64,000 nt of DNA from Anaeromyxobacteraceae bacterium (GTDB lineage Bacteria > Myxococcota > Myxococcia > Myxococcales > Anaeromyxobacteraceae): contig JAULAX010000005.1 in assembly GCA_032654565.1 (NCBI GenBank), positions 128,001-192,000 on the forward strand. Direction: 5' to 3'. Below, piece by piece: positions 1-9,799 of this stretch (position 1 is the first letter of the stretch; every line of letters begins with the position of its first letter). The translations under genes and the position numbers were made by a program. A model generated the notes under the pieces. That model had not been told where the DNA came from. It saw only the letters and a list, made by a program, of their open reading frames with translations, and did not search any database.

Positions 1-78
1 GCCGAACTCCCTGGCCTGCGCCGGCGGCGAGGCGATCACGCCCACTGCGAACAGAGCGGCAACGATGAGCTTCCGCAT
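1..78 (-). CDS. N-terminus of a secreted protein, truncated by the window edge
   Basis: ATG at 78 reads MRKLIVAALFAVGVIASPPAQA-REFG, a Sec signal peptide with an AQA cleavage motif; open to the window edge. Confidence 0.6.
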   Translation of the reverse strand, partial: MRKLIVAALFAVGVIASPPAQAREFG

Positions 79-171
79 GTTGGAACCCCTGGTGACGTCG
101 TTGGTTGGTGAGGAGGCCTCGCCTCCTTCACGCCGGTAGGGGCCACGTCTGTCCCGCTACGAGGCCCCATT

Positions 172-180
172 TTCATAGCA
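172..180 (-). promoter_or_regulatory. Candidate extended -10 element (TG-C-TATGAA) for the gene starting at 78
   Basis: Motif seen on the minus strand about 95 bp upstream of the ATG. Confidence 0.3.
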
Positions 181-212
181 CGTGCGCGGCGACGCGCACG
201 CCCGACCGGCAG

Positions 213-343
213 CCCGACCGTGAGTAATTCGTGACCGGGGAGCTCTCTGCCGGCCTGACCGCCGACCTGACCGAGAGTAATCCGCAAACCTCGCCAGCCT
301 GACCGAGGGTAATCCGCAAACCTGACCGAGGGTTATTCGCAAT
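213..343. repeat. Array of 3-4 ~23-bp direct repeats, CCTGACCGAGRGTAATCCGCAAA
   Basis: Copies at 266-288, 298-320 and 321-343, plus a degenerate copy at 213-234. Confidence 0.85.
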
Positions 344-445
344 CGAGGAAGATCGAGCACTTGCACCACGACGGTCCCAGATCGGTCGCCCCCAAGAGGC
401 CACCCCGAATCGGACGCCCAGGTCCGACCACGCCCCCGGAGGGGC

Positions 446-868
446 CTACTCTCCGATGATCTTCACCAGCACCCGCTTCACCCGCCGGCCGTCGAACTCG
501 CCGTAGAAGATCTGCTCCCAGGGGCCGAAGTCGAGCGCCCCGTCGGTCACCGCCACCACCACCTCGCGCCCCATCACCTGCCGCTTCAGGTGGGCGTCGC
601 CGTTCTCCTCGCCGGTGGCGTTGTGGCGGTAGGCCTCCGGGCTGGGGTCGAAGGGGGCGAGCCGCTCCAGCCAGGCGGCGTAGTCGCGGTGCAGCCCCGG
701 CTCGTCGTCGTTGATGAAGACCGAGGCGGTGATGTGCATGGCGTTGATGAGGCAGAGCCCCTCGCGGATGCCGCTCTGCTTCAGCACCGCCTCCACCTTC
801 GCGGTGATGTTGACGAAGCCCACCCGCTCCGGGGTCTTCATGTCGAGGGTCCAGCGGAACGTCTTCAC
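446..868 (-). CDS. yjbQ: YjbQ family protein (secondary thiamine-phosphate synthase-like)
   Basis: [26 protein letters not shown] and [16 protein letters not shown] motifs; AAGGAGG RBS before GTG. Confidence 0.9.
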   Translation of the reverse strand: MKTFRWTLDMKTPERVGFVNITAKVEAVLKQSGIREGLCLINAMHITASVFINDDEPGLHRDYAAWLERLAPFDPSPEAYRHNATGEENGDAHLKRQVMGREVVVAVTDGALDFGPWEQIFYGEFDGRRVKRVLVKIIGE

Positions 869-938
869 GTGGCCTCCTTCGCCTGGGCGGCCCCGACTCT
901 ACCTCCAGCGGCGCCCCTCCCGGTGCCAGGCGCCCGGC

Positions 939-2915
939 TCAGGGCCTGGGCGCGGTGTGGCGCTTCAGGAACTCCACCAGCCGGGCGTACTGCCTGGCCC
1001 GGGCCGCCTCGTCGTAGAAGCCGTGCCCCTCCAGCGGCTCCTCCAGCCACTCGGGCGGGCGGCCCAGCGCGGTGAGCGCCTCGCGGAGCTTCTCGGCGTG
1101 GACGATGGGAACGCGCTTGTCCTTGCCGCCGTGGATGAGCAGGACCGGGACCTTGATCAGGTCGGCGTGGAAGACCGGGGAGGCGGCCTTGAGCGCCGCC
1201 TCGTCCTCACCGACCGTGGTGCGGACGAAACCGCGGGCCCGACCGGAGGTGACCATGTCGTCGTTGTGCTCCAGCCGGGTCAGGTCGTAGACGCCGGCGA
1301 AGCCGACGGCGCAGCGGAACAGCCCGGGCGCCAGGCTCACCGCCTGCAGCGCCGCGTAGCCGCCGAAGCTCCCGCCATAGGTGCACATGCGGGCCCCGTC
1401 GACCTTCTCCTTCTTCACCAGCCAGCGGGTGGCGTCGAGCAGGTCCTCGATCATCCGGTCGCCCCAGTGCCGGTAGCCGGCCTCCTGGTAGGCCTCGCCG
1501 TAGCCGCCCGAGCCCCGGAAGTTGACCTGCAGCACCGCGAACCCATCGCTGGCGAGGAGCTGCACCTCCGGGTTGAAGCCCCAGCGGTCGCGGACGCCGA
1601 AGGGGCCGCCGTGCGGCAGCACCACCAGCGGCGGCTTGACCCCGGCCGGGAGGCCGGACGGGTAGGTGACGTAGCCGTGGATGGGCTGGCCGTCGGAGGC
1701 CTTGATGTGGAAGGCGGTCATCTCCGCCATCTGCTCCGGCTTGATCCACGGCCGGTTCTCCAGGAGCGGCTCGGCGGAGCGCCTGGCCACGTCCACCAGC
1801 AGGAACCGGCCCGGGTCGCGGTCGCCGTAGACGTGGGCGATGGCCAGACGGTCGTCCTCGGTTCGCGAGACCAGGTCGACGTGGAGCCCCGGGTGGGCGT
1901 CGAGCAGGCCGGCCAGGACCTGGACCAGCGGATGCGCGGGCTCGAGGAGCTGCCAGTCGGGCAGGTCGGGCTGCGACTCCACCGCCAGGACGCGCCCGGT
2001 GACCCGGTCGCGCAGGATCCGGCTCGGGGTCGCCAGCGTGGTGGTGGCGACCACCTTCCGCTCACCCGAGTCGATGGAGACTGAGTTGATGCTGAAGCCA
2101 CCCGCAACCGGATCCATCACCTCGAGCGTCCGGTCGGAGGCTCGGTAGTGCCACGGCCGGCTCGCCGGGGTCAGGCCGGGGAGAGAGCTGACAGGACGCC
2201 AGGCGTGCTGGTCGTCGCGGAAGAGAATCCTCGGCTTGGCATCCTCGCCCGGCGACCAAGCGATGCGCGGCTCACCCGCCTCGTCGGTCAGGTAGCTCGA
2301 GTTGGGCAGCGGGCTCTCGGCCACCTCGGTCTTGGACGCGTTGTAGATGTCGAGCTTGACCAGGCGGATTCGGGCATCACCGACCTCACCCCACTGCCTG
2401 ACACCGATGAGGATCCGGCGGTCGTCGTGGCGCAGCGGGTCCACCACCCAAGCCGAAGCCCGCTCCTCGTCGGCCCCTGGGTGATGCCTCCGCACGTCGG
2501 TGCCGAAGATGTTGTCGCAGGTCGCGCCCTCCGGATTGACCGCCATGAGCTCTCCGAAGGAGGCCGGAGCGGCCAGGGGGCCGCTGATCCTCCACAAGCC
2601 GGCCACCACCCGCTCGTCGTTGGCCCAGTTGAACTGACCGACCATGGTCTTGGCGTCGGGGGCCAGCCGGCCGGTCATCTTCCGATCGGCCAGCCGGATG
2701 AAGGAGAGGGAGCGCTTGCCGCCCTCGACCGAGACCACCGCCAGCCAGGTCCCCTTGGGCGAGAGCTGGGCATCCACGAACCGGGCGTGGCTGGTGAAGC
2801 GGGCCGGGCCGGTGGGGTCAGGAGGCGGAGCGACCTTCTCGGCGGCGCGGGGGACGGGCCCGGCCAGGGCGAGGGAGGCGGCGACGAGCGCGAGGCGGCT
2901 GAACCAGCGGCGCAT
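939..2915 (-). CDS. Secreted S9 family (prolyl oligopeptidase-like) serine peptidase
   Basis: Signal peptide MRRWFSRLALVAASLALA; PHGGP, VNFRGSGGYG, catalytic GGSFGG, HGGKDKRV and EGHG; AGGAG RBS before ATG 2915. Confidence 0.9.
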   Translation of the reverse strand: MRRWFSRLALVAASLALAGPVPRAAEKVAPPPDPTGPARFTSHARFVDAQLSPKGTWLAVVSVEGGKRSLSFIRLADRKMTGRLAPDAKTMVGQFNWANDERVVAGLWRISGPLAAPASFGELMAVNPEGATCDNIFGTDVRRHHPGADEERASAWVVDPLRHDDRRILIGVRQWGEVGDARIRLVKLDIYNASKTEVAESPLPNSSYLTDEAGEPRIAWSPGEDAKPRILFRDDQHAWRPVSSLPGLTPASRPWHYRASDRTLEVMDPVAGGFSINSVSIDSGERKVVATTTLATPSRILRDRVTGRVLAVESQPDLPDWQLLEPAHPLVQVLAGLLDAHPGLHVDLVSRTEDDRLAIAHVYGDRDPGRFLLVDVARRSAEPLLENRPWIKPEQMAEMTAFHIKASDGQPIHGYVTYPSGLPAGVKPPLVVLPHGGPFGVRDRWGFNPEVQLLASDGFAVLQVNFRGSGGYGEAYQEAGYRHWGDRMIEDLLDATRWLVKKEKVDGARMCTYGGSFGGYAALQAVSLAPGLFRCAVGFAGVYDLTRLEHNDDMVTSGRARGFVRTTVGEDEAALKAASPVFHADLIKVPVLLIHGGKDKRVPIVHAEKLREALTALGRPPEWLEEPLEGHGFYDEAARARQYARLVEFLKRHTAPRP

Positions 2916-3038
2916 GGGGGCTCCTGACGGAGAGCGGGCTCCAACGGGGGGTCCTCCCCCATAGCGCGAAATCGCCGGACCGACCCAGAGTAATGAGCGC
3001 TGGCGCGCGACCCCTCCCGGAGTCATGCGAGCGCGCGA

Positions 3039-3518
3039 TCAGGGCATGACGATGATCTTCGGGTCGATGACCGGGCACTGCTCCGTGTAGACGTTGAAGA
3101 CGTAGATCTTGGGATTGGTGGCGCTGGCCGGGATGCCCGGGTCGATGGTCCCCGTCAGCTCCCCGTCGGTCGCCTCGAGGCAGGCCCTGCCGAAGGGGTC
3201 GAAGCAGATCCTGAAGTGGAGATCCTTCTTGGGGGGCGTCCCCGGACCCGGCACCGCGACGAAGCGCACGCTCTGGCCGGTCTTGGCCTTCAAGCAGTCC
3301 GGGATGGGGGTGCCGCCCATGTCGCACTGGGACGCGGCGTCCGAGACGACGGGGGCGCCCGGGCACGACACGCTCGGGGAGTTCAACCTGAAGGGGATGT
3401 TGAAGGTGTACGGACCGGGGCGTGCCGCGCTCATGCTCCTGGTGCAGCCGGCACCGACCAGGGCGAGGAACACGGCGGCGGCGAGTCCGAACGACAGGAT
3501 GTGGCGACGTGGCTTCAT
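3039..3518 (-). CDS. Small Cys-rich lipoprotein of unknown function
   Basis: MKPRRHILSFGLAAAVFLALVGAGC lipobox; AGGAGG RBS; ATGA overlap with the kinase stop codon; it is the 3' part of track ORF 3039..6260. Confidence 0.75.
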   Translation of the reverse strand: MKPRRHILSFGLAAAVFLALVGAGCTRSMSAARPGPYTFNIPFRLNSPSVSCPGAPVVSDAASQCDMGGTPIPDCLKAKTGQSVRFVAVPGPGTPPKKDLHFRICFDPFGRACLEATDGELTGTIDPGIPASATNPKIYVFNVYTEQCPVIDPKIIVMP

Positions 3519-6229
3519 GGGCGTCCTCCTGCTGGCTGTGTGACTACGGGTGAATTCGACTGGCTGGCCGTTCCCGTCGGCGGGGAGCCCGCCTCGCCCC
3601 TCGCCAGCGCCTCGAAGCGTGGCAGGCCCCGCAGCCTGGCCAGCCCGGCGTCGCCGGCCAGGAGCCGCCGCTGGTAGCCCAGCGCCACGGCCCGCTCCAG
3701 CGCAGCCAGCGCCTCGTCGGGGGCGCCGAGCTCCAGGCCCACCAGCGCGGCGTTGTACTGGACGTTGAGGTTGCCCTCGGCGCGGTCCAGCGATTCGTCG
3801 CGCAGCTGGCGGGCCCGGTCGCGGTGGCCCAGCCTGGCCTGGTAGCGCGCCAGGTCGGAGCGGGTCTCGTCGTCGTCCCGGTTGATGGCCAGCGCCCGCT
3901 CCGCCAGCGTGGCGGCGCGGCGGTAGGCCTCGGCGGCCTCGGTGCGCCGGCCGGGGGCGAAGGTGAGCGCGTCGCCCAGGTTGCCCCAGAGGACGTGGTC
4001 GTCCGGGGTCAGCGCCGCGGCGCGCCGGAACATGGTGGCCGCCTCCTCGTAGCGCCCCAGGTAGAAGGCGGCCGAGCCCAGGTTGGAGAGGGCGCCGTGC
4101 GTCGGGCCGAGCTGGAGCGAGGTCCTCAGGTCGGCGGCCGCTCCCTCGAAGTCGCCGGCCAGGTAGCGGGCCGCGCCCAGGTTGCTGTAGGCCCCCGGGC
4201 TGGAGGGCGCGCGCGCCACCACCTCGGCGTAGGCGACCACGGCCTCCTGGTGACGCCCGGCCTTGAAGAGGAAGCGGCCGAGCTCCCGCACCACCCGCCA
4301 GTCGGTCGGGTCGGCCAGCCGCGCCTTCCCGAAGCTGGCCTCCGCCGCCGCGGACTTGTTGAGGGCCTCCTGGGCCCGCGCCAGGCCCATCAGCGCCAGC
4401 GCGGGGTTGGTGGCCAGGCCTGCGGCCTGCGTGAACTCGCGCTCGGCCCGCACCGCGTCGCCGGAGGCGAGGTGCAGGCTGCCGATGGCCTCGCGGACGG
4501 CGACCGCCTGCGGCTCCCGGTCCAGCGCCAGCTGGCAGGCCTGCTCGGCCTCCTGGTAGGCGGAGGCGGCCCGGGTCAGCTCGTAGCGGGCCAGCCAGGC
4601 GTCGCACAGGCCGGCGAAGGCCACGGCGAACCGGCCGTCGGAGGCGATGGCCTGCCCGAAGAGCCGGGTGGCCTCCTCCAGCGTCCCCACCGTGACCGGC
4701 CGGCGCAGCGCCGCCCGCCCGCGCAGGTAGAGGTCGTAGGCCACCAGGCTGGCCGGCGGGGTGCGCTCCAGCTCCCGCCGCGAGGTGTTGGAGAGCACCA
4801 GCTCCAGCGCCCCCACCACCTGGCGGGCGATGTCCTCCTGGATGGCGAAGACCTCGGCCAGACGCCGGTCGTAGATCTGCGACCAGAGCTGGAAGCCGGT
4901 GCGGGCGTCCACCAGCTCGGCGGTGATCCGCAGCCGATCCCGCTCGCGGCGGACGCTCCCCTCCAGCACCACGTCGACGCCGAGCCGCTGGGCCACCTCG
5001 GCGGCGTTGGCCTTGCTCCCCTTGAGCGCGAAGGTGGCGGACCCGGCGGCCACGTGGAGCTCGCGCACCCGCGTCAGCAGGTGGAGGATCTCCTCGGTGA
5101 GCCCGTCGCTGAAGTAGTCGTTGTCGGCGCTGTCGCTCAGGTTGTGGAACGGGAACACGGCGATGGCCCGGAGCCCCTTCGCCTGGGCCTTGGGCGCGGC
5201 GCGCAGCGCCGCCGCCACGGCCAGGGCCACCGCCAGCACCACGCCGGCGAGGAGCAGCCACCCGGCCGGCCGCCGGAAGAGGCGCGAGCGGACCCTCGCC
5301 GGGGCCGTCGCCTTGCGCTCCTCCTCCAGCGCCGCCAGCACCTCCCGCGCGTCGCGCGGCCGCCGATCGGGCGCCTTCTCCAGCATCCGGCGGACCAGCC
5401 TGGCCAGGCCGGGCGCCTCCGGCACGGTGAGGAGCGGCGCGGGCCGGGCCGAGCGGGCCGCCTCGCCGTGCTCGTCGTCGGGGAAGGGGAGCTGGCCGCT
5501 GAGGGCCTGGAAGAGCAGCACGCCGAGCGCGTAGACGTCGGTCCGCTCGTCCTCGCTCTCCCCCCGCCACTGCTCCGGCGCCATGAAGCCCGGGGTGCCC
5601 CCGGAGATCCGCGGCCGCCCGAAGGCGTGCGACATGCCGAAGTCGAGCAGCTTCACCTGGCCGTCCTGGCAGAGGAAGACGTTGGAGGGCTTCAGGTCGC
5701 GGTGGATCACGCCGTGGGCGTGGGCGTGACCCATGGCGCTGGCGATCTCGGCCCCCAGCCTCACCGCCTCCTGCACCGGCAGCAGCCCGCTGGCCAGCCG
5801 CTGGTCGAGCGTCTCGCCGCGCAGCAGCTCGAAGATCAGGTAGGGCCCGTAGTCGCAGCGCCCCACGTCGTAGAGCGTCACCAGGTTGGGGTGGGAGAGC
5901 TGGGCGATGGCGTCGGCCTCCACCTTGAGCTGGGTCTCGCCCCGCTCGACCTGGCCCGGCCGCACCAGCTTGAACGCCACCGAGCGCGGCAGCTCGCGGT
6001 CGCGGGCCTCGTAGACCACGCCGAAGCCGCCCCGGCCGATCTCGCGCACCAGCTCGAACCGGCCGATGACGGTGCCCGGCTCCGGCAGCAGCCCCCAGCT
6101 CGGTCCGGTGTCGGCGGCCGGGGCCGCCGCGAGCCGCACCAGCAGGGCCGACAGCGCGCCCGGCGCCAGGCCGGCGGTGTCGTGCTGGTCGGGCGGCAGC
6201 GAGCCGCCAAGCTCGTCCGGTGCAGGCAC
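3515..6229 (-). CDS. Hanks-type Ser/Thr protein kinase with TM segment, TolB-like domain and TPR repeats
   Basis: GRGGFGVVY, VAFK, HRDLKPSN, DFG, GTPGFMAPE; hydrophobic segment; IAVFPFHNLS...YFSDGLTEEI; multiple TPR-like NLG repeats. Confidence 0.92.
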   Translation of the reverse strand: MPAPDELGGSLPPDQHDTAGLAPGALSALLVRLAAAPAADTGPSWGLLPEPGTVIGRFELVREIGRGGFGVVYEARDRELPRSVAFKLVRPGQVERGETQLKVEADAIAQLSHPNLVTLYDVGRCDYGPYLIFELLRGETLDQRLASGLLPVQEAVRLGAEIASAMGHAHAHGVIHRDLKPSNVFLCQDGQVKLLDFGMSHAFGRPRISGGTPGFMAPEQWRGESEDERTDVYALGVLLFQALSGQLPFPDDEHGEAARSARPAPLLTVPEAPGLARLVRRMLEKAPDRRPRDAREVLAALEEERKATAPARVRSRLFRRPAGWLLLAGVVLAVALAVAAALRAAPKAQAKGLRAIAVFPFHNLSDSADNDYFSDGLTEEILHLLTRVRELHVAAGSATFALKGSKANAAEVAQRLGVDVVLEGSVRRERDRLRITAELVDARTGFQLWSQIYDRRLAEVFAIQEDIARQVVGALELVLSNTSRRELERTPPASLVAYDLYLRGRAALRRPVTVGTLEEATRLFGQAIASDGRFAVAFAGLCDAWLARYELTRAASAYQEAEQACQLALDREPQAVAVREAIGSLHLASGDAVRAEREFTQAAGLATNPALALMGLARAQEALNKSAAAEASFGKARLADPTDWRVVRELGRFLFKAGRHQEAVVAYAEVVARAPSSPGAYSNLGAARYLAGDFEGAAADLRTSLQLGPTHGALSNLGSAAFYLGRYEEAATMFRRAAALTPDDHVLWGNLGDALTFAPGRRTEAAEAYRRAATLAERALAINRDDDETRSDLARYQARLGHRDRARQLRDESLDRAEGNLNVQYNAALVGLELGAPDEALAALERAVALGYQRRLLAGDAGLARLRGLPRFEALARGEAGSPPTGTASQSNSPVVTQPAGGRP

Positions 6230-6309
6230 GGCGCAGTCCCCGGGGAACAGGTGAGTGCAAAGCCTACATCACCCTGCCCCAGCGTCCTAGGAGCGGCCGG
6301 CGCGGGCGC

Positions 6310-7149
6310 TCAGCGATGGCCCCAGGTCTTCTCCCCCGCCTCGATCCGGACCGGCAGCACGTTCCGGGGCAGCGGCAGCGGGCAGGTGGCGTAGGGCGTG
6401 AAGGCGCAGGGCGGGTTGGTGGCGCGGTTGAAGTCGAGCACCACCGTGCCGTCCCTCGGCGCGGCCGCCGTGAGGAAGCGGCCGGCGCCATAGGTCTCGC
6501 GGGGCGCCGTCTGGTCCCTGAAGACGAAGAAGAGCTCCTCGCCGTCCAGCGTCGGCTCGAGCGCGTACTCCTTCCCGGCCACCGTGAACCAGGCCCGCCC
6601 CGGCGCCCGCTCGCGGGTGGGGATGCCGACCACGCTCGGCACCTCCACCTCCCGCGGCGTGGCGTAGGGCTCCCAGCGGGCCACCACCCGCCAGCGCAGG
6701 TCGACGGGGAAGGCGTCGACGCCGGTGAAGGCCTTGCGCTCGGCGCGCTCGGCGTCCCAGACCCGCAGCGCCAGCCTGCCGCCCCGGTCGATCACCTGGG
6801 CCGCGCGGCTCCCCACCTCGATCCGGTCCGCCTTCCCCTCGCGGTCGGAGGCCAGCACCCGCGAGGTCAGCGGCGCGCCGCCCAGCGTCCAGCCGTCGGC
6901 CGCCGCCGCGGCCAGCGTCACCTTCCCGCCCGCCACCGTGAAGCCTCCCGGCAGCCCGGCGATCCGGTTCTCGCCCTCCTTCAGCCAGTGCAGTCCGGAG
7001 AGCGCCAGCCAGCCCTGCGGCCGCTGCAGGCCGGCCAGCCGCTTCCCGTGCCACGCCCGCCACTCGGCCTCGAAGGCGGCGGGGGTCGGCGCCGGAGGGA
7101 CGGCGGCCAGGAGCAGCGCCGAGGCGAGCAGCAGGTCGAGGGCGAGCAT
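6310..7149 (-). CDS. DUF1684 domain protein
   Basis: GWLALSGLHWL, FRDQT...ETYGAGRFL, LDFNRATNPPCAFTPYATCPLP, IEAGEK. Confidence 0.9.
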   Translation of the reverse strand: MLALDLLLASALLLAAVPPAPTPAAFEAEWRAWHGKRLAGLQRPQGWLALSGLHWLKEGENRIAGLPGGFTVAGGKVTLAAAAADGWTLGGAPLTSRVLASDREGKADRIEVGSRAAQVIDRGGRLALRVWDAERAERKAFTGVDAFPVDLRWRVVARWEPYATPREVEVPSVVGIPTRERAPGRAWFTVAGKEYALEPTLDGEELFFVFRDQTAPRETYGAGRFLTAAAPRDGTVVLDFNRATNPPCAFTPYATCPLPLPRNVLPVRIEAGEKTWGHR

Positions 7150-7165
7150 GCCGGGAATCTAGCGC

Positions 7166-8131
7166 TCAGCCCGCCAGCCCCGCCACCGCCGCGGCGCCGA
7201 GCCGCGCCGGCCCCCTCGGCAGCCGCCCCCAGGTGAAGCCCGCCACCAGCTCCCCCGGCCGGCAGCGGGTCCCCTCCGGCGCCAGGCCGCAGCTCTGCGC
7301 CAGCAGCCCCACCACCGCCTCCGGCGCCACCCCAGCCTCCCGCAGCTCCCCGAGCGACCGGGCCCCGTGGCGCTTGGCCAGCCGCTCGCCGTCCTCCCCC
7401 ACCACCAGCGGCACGTGGGCGAAGCGCGGGGCCGGCCGCCCCAGCGCCGCGAAGAGCAGCAGCTGGCGCGCCGTCGAGGGGAGCAGGTCGTCGCCGCGCA
7501 CCACCTCGGTGATGGCCATGGCGTCGTCGTCCACCACCACCGCCAGCTGGTAGGCGGCGACGCCGTCGGCCCGCATCACCACGAAGTCGCCGGTGGCGGC
7601 GGCCGGCTCGAAGCTGCAGCGGCCGTGGACGGCGTCGTCGAAGCCGACCGGCCCGGGCGCCACCCGGAACCTCCAGGCCGGCGTCCGCGCCGCGGCGCGG
7701 CGGGCCACCTCGGCCGGCCCCAGGTCGCGGCAGGTGCCCGGGTAGCGCGGCCCGTCGTCGGCGGGGCCGTGCGGGGCCCGGGCCGCGGCGGCGATCTCGG
7801 CGCGGGAGCAGAAGCAGGGGTAGGCGAGCCCGGCCTGGCGCAGCCGCCCCAGCGCCGCCAGGTAGCGATCCCCCAGCTCGGACTGCCGGTAGGGCCCGCG
7901 CCGCCCCCCCAGGTCCGGCCCCTCGTCCCAGCCGAGCCCGAGCCAGCGCAGCTCCTCGAGGATGCGGGCCTCAATGCCGGGGCGGACCCGCGGCCGGTCC
8001 AGGTCCTCGACCCGCATCACCAGCGCCCCCCCGGCGGCCCGGGCCGCCAGCCAGGCCAGCAGCGCCGTCCGGCCGTTCCCGAGGTGGAAGGGGCCGGTGG
8101 GGCTGGGGGCGAGGCGGCCGCGGTAGGTCAT
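7166..8131 (-). CDS. gluQ: tRNA glutamyl-Q(34) synthetase
   Basis: GRLAPSPTGPFHLGN, YPCFCSR, YQLAVVVDD, VVRGDDLL, LAKR; lacks the anticodon-binding domain. Confidence 0.92.
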   Translation of the reverse strand: MTYRGRLAPSPTGPFHLGNGRTALLAWLAARAAGGALVMRVEDLDRPRVRPGIEARILEELRWLGLGWDEGPDLGGRRGPYRQSELGDRYLAALGRLRQAGLAYPCFCSRAEIAAAARAPHGPADDGPRYPGTCRDLGPAEVARRAAARTPAWRFRVAPGPVGFDDAVHGRCSFEPAAATGDFVVMRADGVAAYQLAVVVDDDAMAITEVVRGDDLLPSTARQLLLFAALGRPAPRFAHVPLVVGEDGERLAKRHGARSLGELREAGVAPEAVVGLLAQSCGLAPEGTRCRPGELVAGFTWGRLPRGPARLGAAAVAGLAG

Positions 8132-8224
8132 CTGGTCGGGGCCCCGGTGGGAGAGTGGCGGTGACGGCGTTCGACTGATATCCCACAGGGGCGAGGGTGC
8201 TCAAGCGCACCCCGCCCCTCGACC

Positions 8225-9790
8225 ATGCCACGCACCGCCGGCGTCCTCATCCCGCTCTTCTCGCTCCGCTCCTCCACCGACTGGGGCGTGGGCGAGATCC
8301 CCGATCTCGTCCCCTTCGCCCGCTGGTCGTCCGACGCCGGCGTCCGGGTGGTGCAGGTGCTGCCGGTGGCCGAGGCGGCCCGCGGCCAGAACTCCCCGTA
8401 CGCCGCCCTCTCCGCCTTCGCCATCGACCCGGTCTACCTGGCCATCGACGCCCTCGACGACTTCGCCGCCGCCGGCGGCCACGACGCCCTCTCCGCCGCC
8501 GACCAGAAGCTGCTCCAGGTGCTGCGGGCCTCCCCCACGGTCCGCTGGGACGAGGTGCGCGGGCTCAAGACCCGGGCGCTGGAGGCGGCCTTCCAGGCCT
8601 TCGTCCAGCAGCAGTGGCAGCTCAAGACCCGCCGGGCCCGCGAGCTGGAGCGGTTCGCCCGCGAGCAGTCGGCCTGGATCGACGACTACGCCCTCTTCGT
8701 CTCCATCCACGACGAGGCCATGGGCGGGCGGAGCTGGCTGGAGTGGCCGGCCCCGCTGCGCGACCGCGAGGCCGGCGCCCTGGCCGACGTCCGCGCCCAG
8801 CTCAGCGAGCGGGTGCTCTTCCGGGTCTGGCTGCAGTGGCTCTGCGACCGGCAGTGGCAGGCGGCCCGCCGCGGCGCCAACGCCGTGGGCGTGGAGCTGG
8901 CCGGCGACATCCCCTTCATGGTGGCGCCCGACTCGGCCGACGTCTGGGCCCGGCGCCACGACTTCCGGCTCGACGCCCGCGTCGGCGTGCCGCCCGACGC
9001 CTTCAGCGCCACCGGGCAGGACTGGGGGCTGCCGGTCTACCGCTGGGCCGAGATGGAGGCGGGCGGCCACGTCTGGATGACCGCCCGCGCCGACCGGATG
9101 GCCGATCTCTACGGCCTCTACCGCGTCGACCACGTGGTCGGCCTCTACCGCACCTACTACTTCTCCAGCGACGGCTCGCCGGCCGCCTTCGTCCCGGCCA
9201 CCGAGGCGGCCCAGATCGCCAACGGCGAGCTGATGATGGCCCTCTTCTCCAAGCGGGCCCGGGTCATCGCCGAGGACCTGGGCGTGGTCCCGCCCTTCAT
9301 CCGGCTCTCGCTCGACCAGCTGGCCATCCCCGGCTACCGGGTGCAGCGCTGGGAGCGCGACTGGGACCTCCCCGGCCAGCCCTTCCGCGATCCGGCCGCC
9401 TGGCCGGCGGTCTCGGTGGCCACCACCGGCACCCACGACACCGACTCGCTGGCCGACTGGTACGAGTCGCTCCCCGACGCCGACCGGCGGGCCCTGCTCG
9501 AGCTCCCCGGCCTGGCCGGGCTGCGCCAGCGCGCCCCGGCCCGCTTCGACGACGGCGTCCGCGACGCCCTGCTGGAGCTGCTCTACGCCTCCGGCTCCGA
9601 CCTGCTGCTGCTGCCGTTCCAGGACCTGCTCGGCCACCGCGAGCGGGTCAACGTGCCCGGCACCGTCAACGACCAGAACTGGACCTACCGGATCCCGGCG
9701 CCGCTCACCTCGCTGCTCGCCGACCTCGGCGCCCGCCGCCGGCTGCGCGGCCTGGCCGAGCGCCACGGGCGGGTCCCCGCCACCCGCTGA
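8225..9790 (+). CDS. malQ: 4-alpha-glucanotransferase (GH77)
   Basis: SPYAALSAFA, GVPPDAFSATGQDWGLP, RVDHVVG, IAEDLG, GTHD, NVPGT..NW. Confidence 0.93.
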   Translation: MPRTAGVLIPLFSLRSSTDWGVGEIPDLVPFARWSSDAGVRVVQVLPVAEAARGQNSPYAALSAFAIDPVYLAIDALDDFAAAGGHDALSAADQKLLQVLRASPTVRWDEVRGLKTRALEAAFQAFVQQQWQLKTRRARELERFAREQSAWIDDYALFVSIHDEAMGGRSWLEWPAPLRDREAGALADVRAQLSERVLFRVWLQWLCDRQWQAARRGANAVGVELAGDIPFMVAPDSADVWARRHDFRLDARVGVPPDAFSATGQDWGLPVYRWAEMEAGGHVWMTARADRMADLYGLYRVDHVVGLYRTYYFSSDGSPAAFVPATEAAQIANGELMMALFSKRARVIAEDLGVVPPFIRLSLDQLAIPGYRVQRWERDWDLPGQPFRDPAAWPAVSVATTGTHDTDSLADWYESLPDADRRALLELPGLAGLRQRAPARFDDGVRDALLELLYASGSDLLLLPFQDLLGHRERVNVPGTVNDQNWTYRIPAPLTSLLADLGARRRLRGLAERHGRVPATR

Positions 9791-9799
9791 GAGGCCGCC

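Noticed and set aside
213..343. Possible mini CRISPR array
   Set aside because: Gaps of 0-31 bp are irregular, the repeats are not palindromic, and there are no cas genes in the window.
3039..6260. 1073-aa ORF overlapping the kinase
   Set aside because: Shadow frame; only the last 159 codons have an RBS, a lipobox and normal composition.
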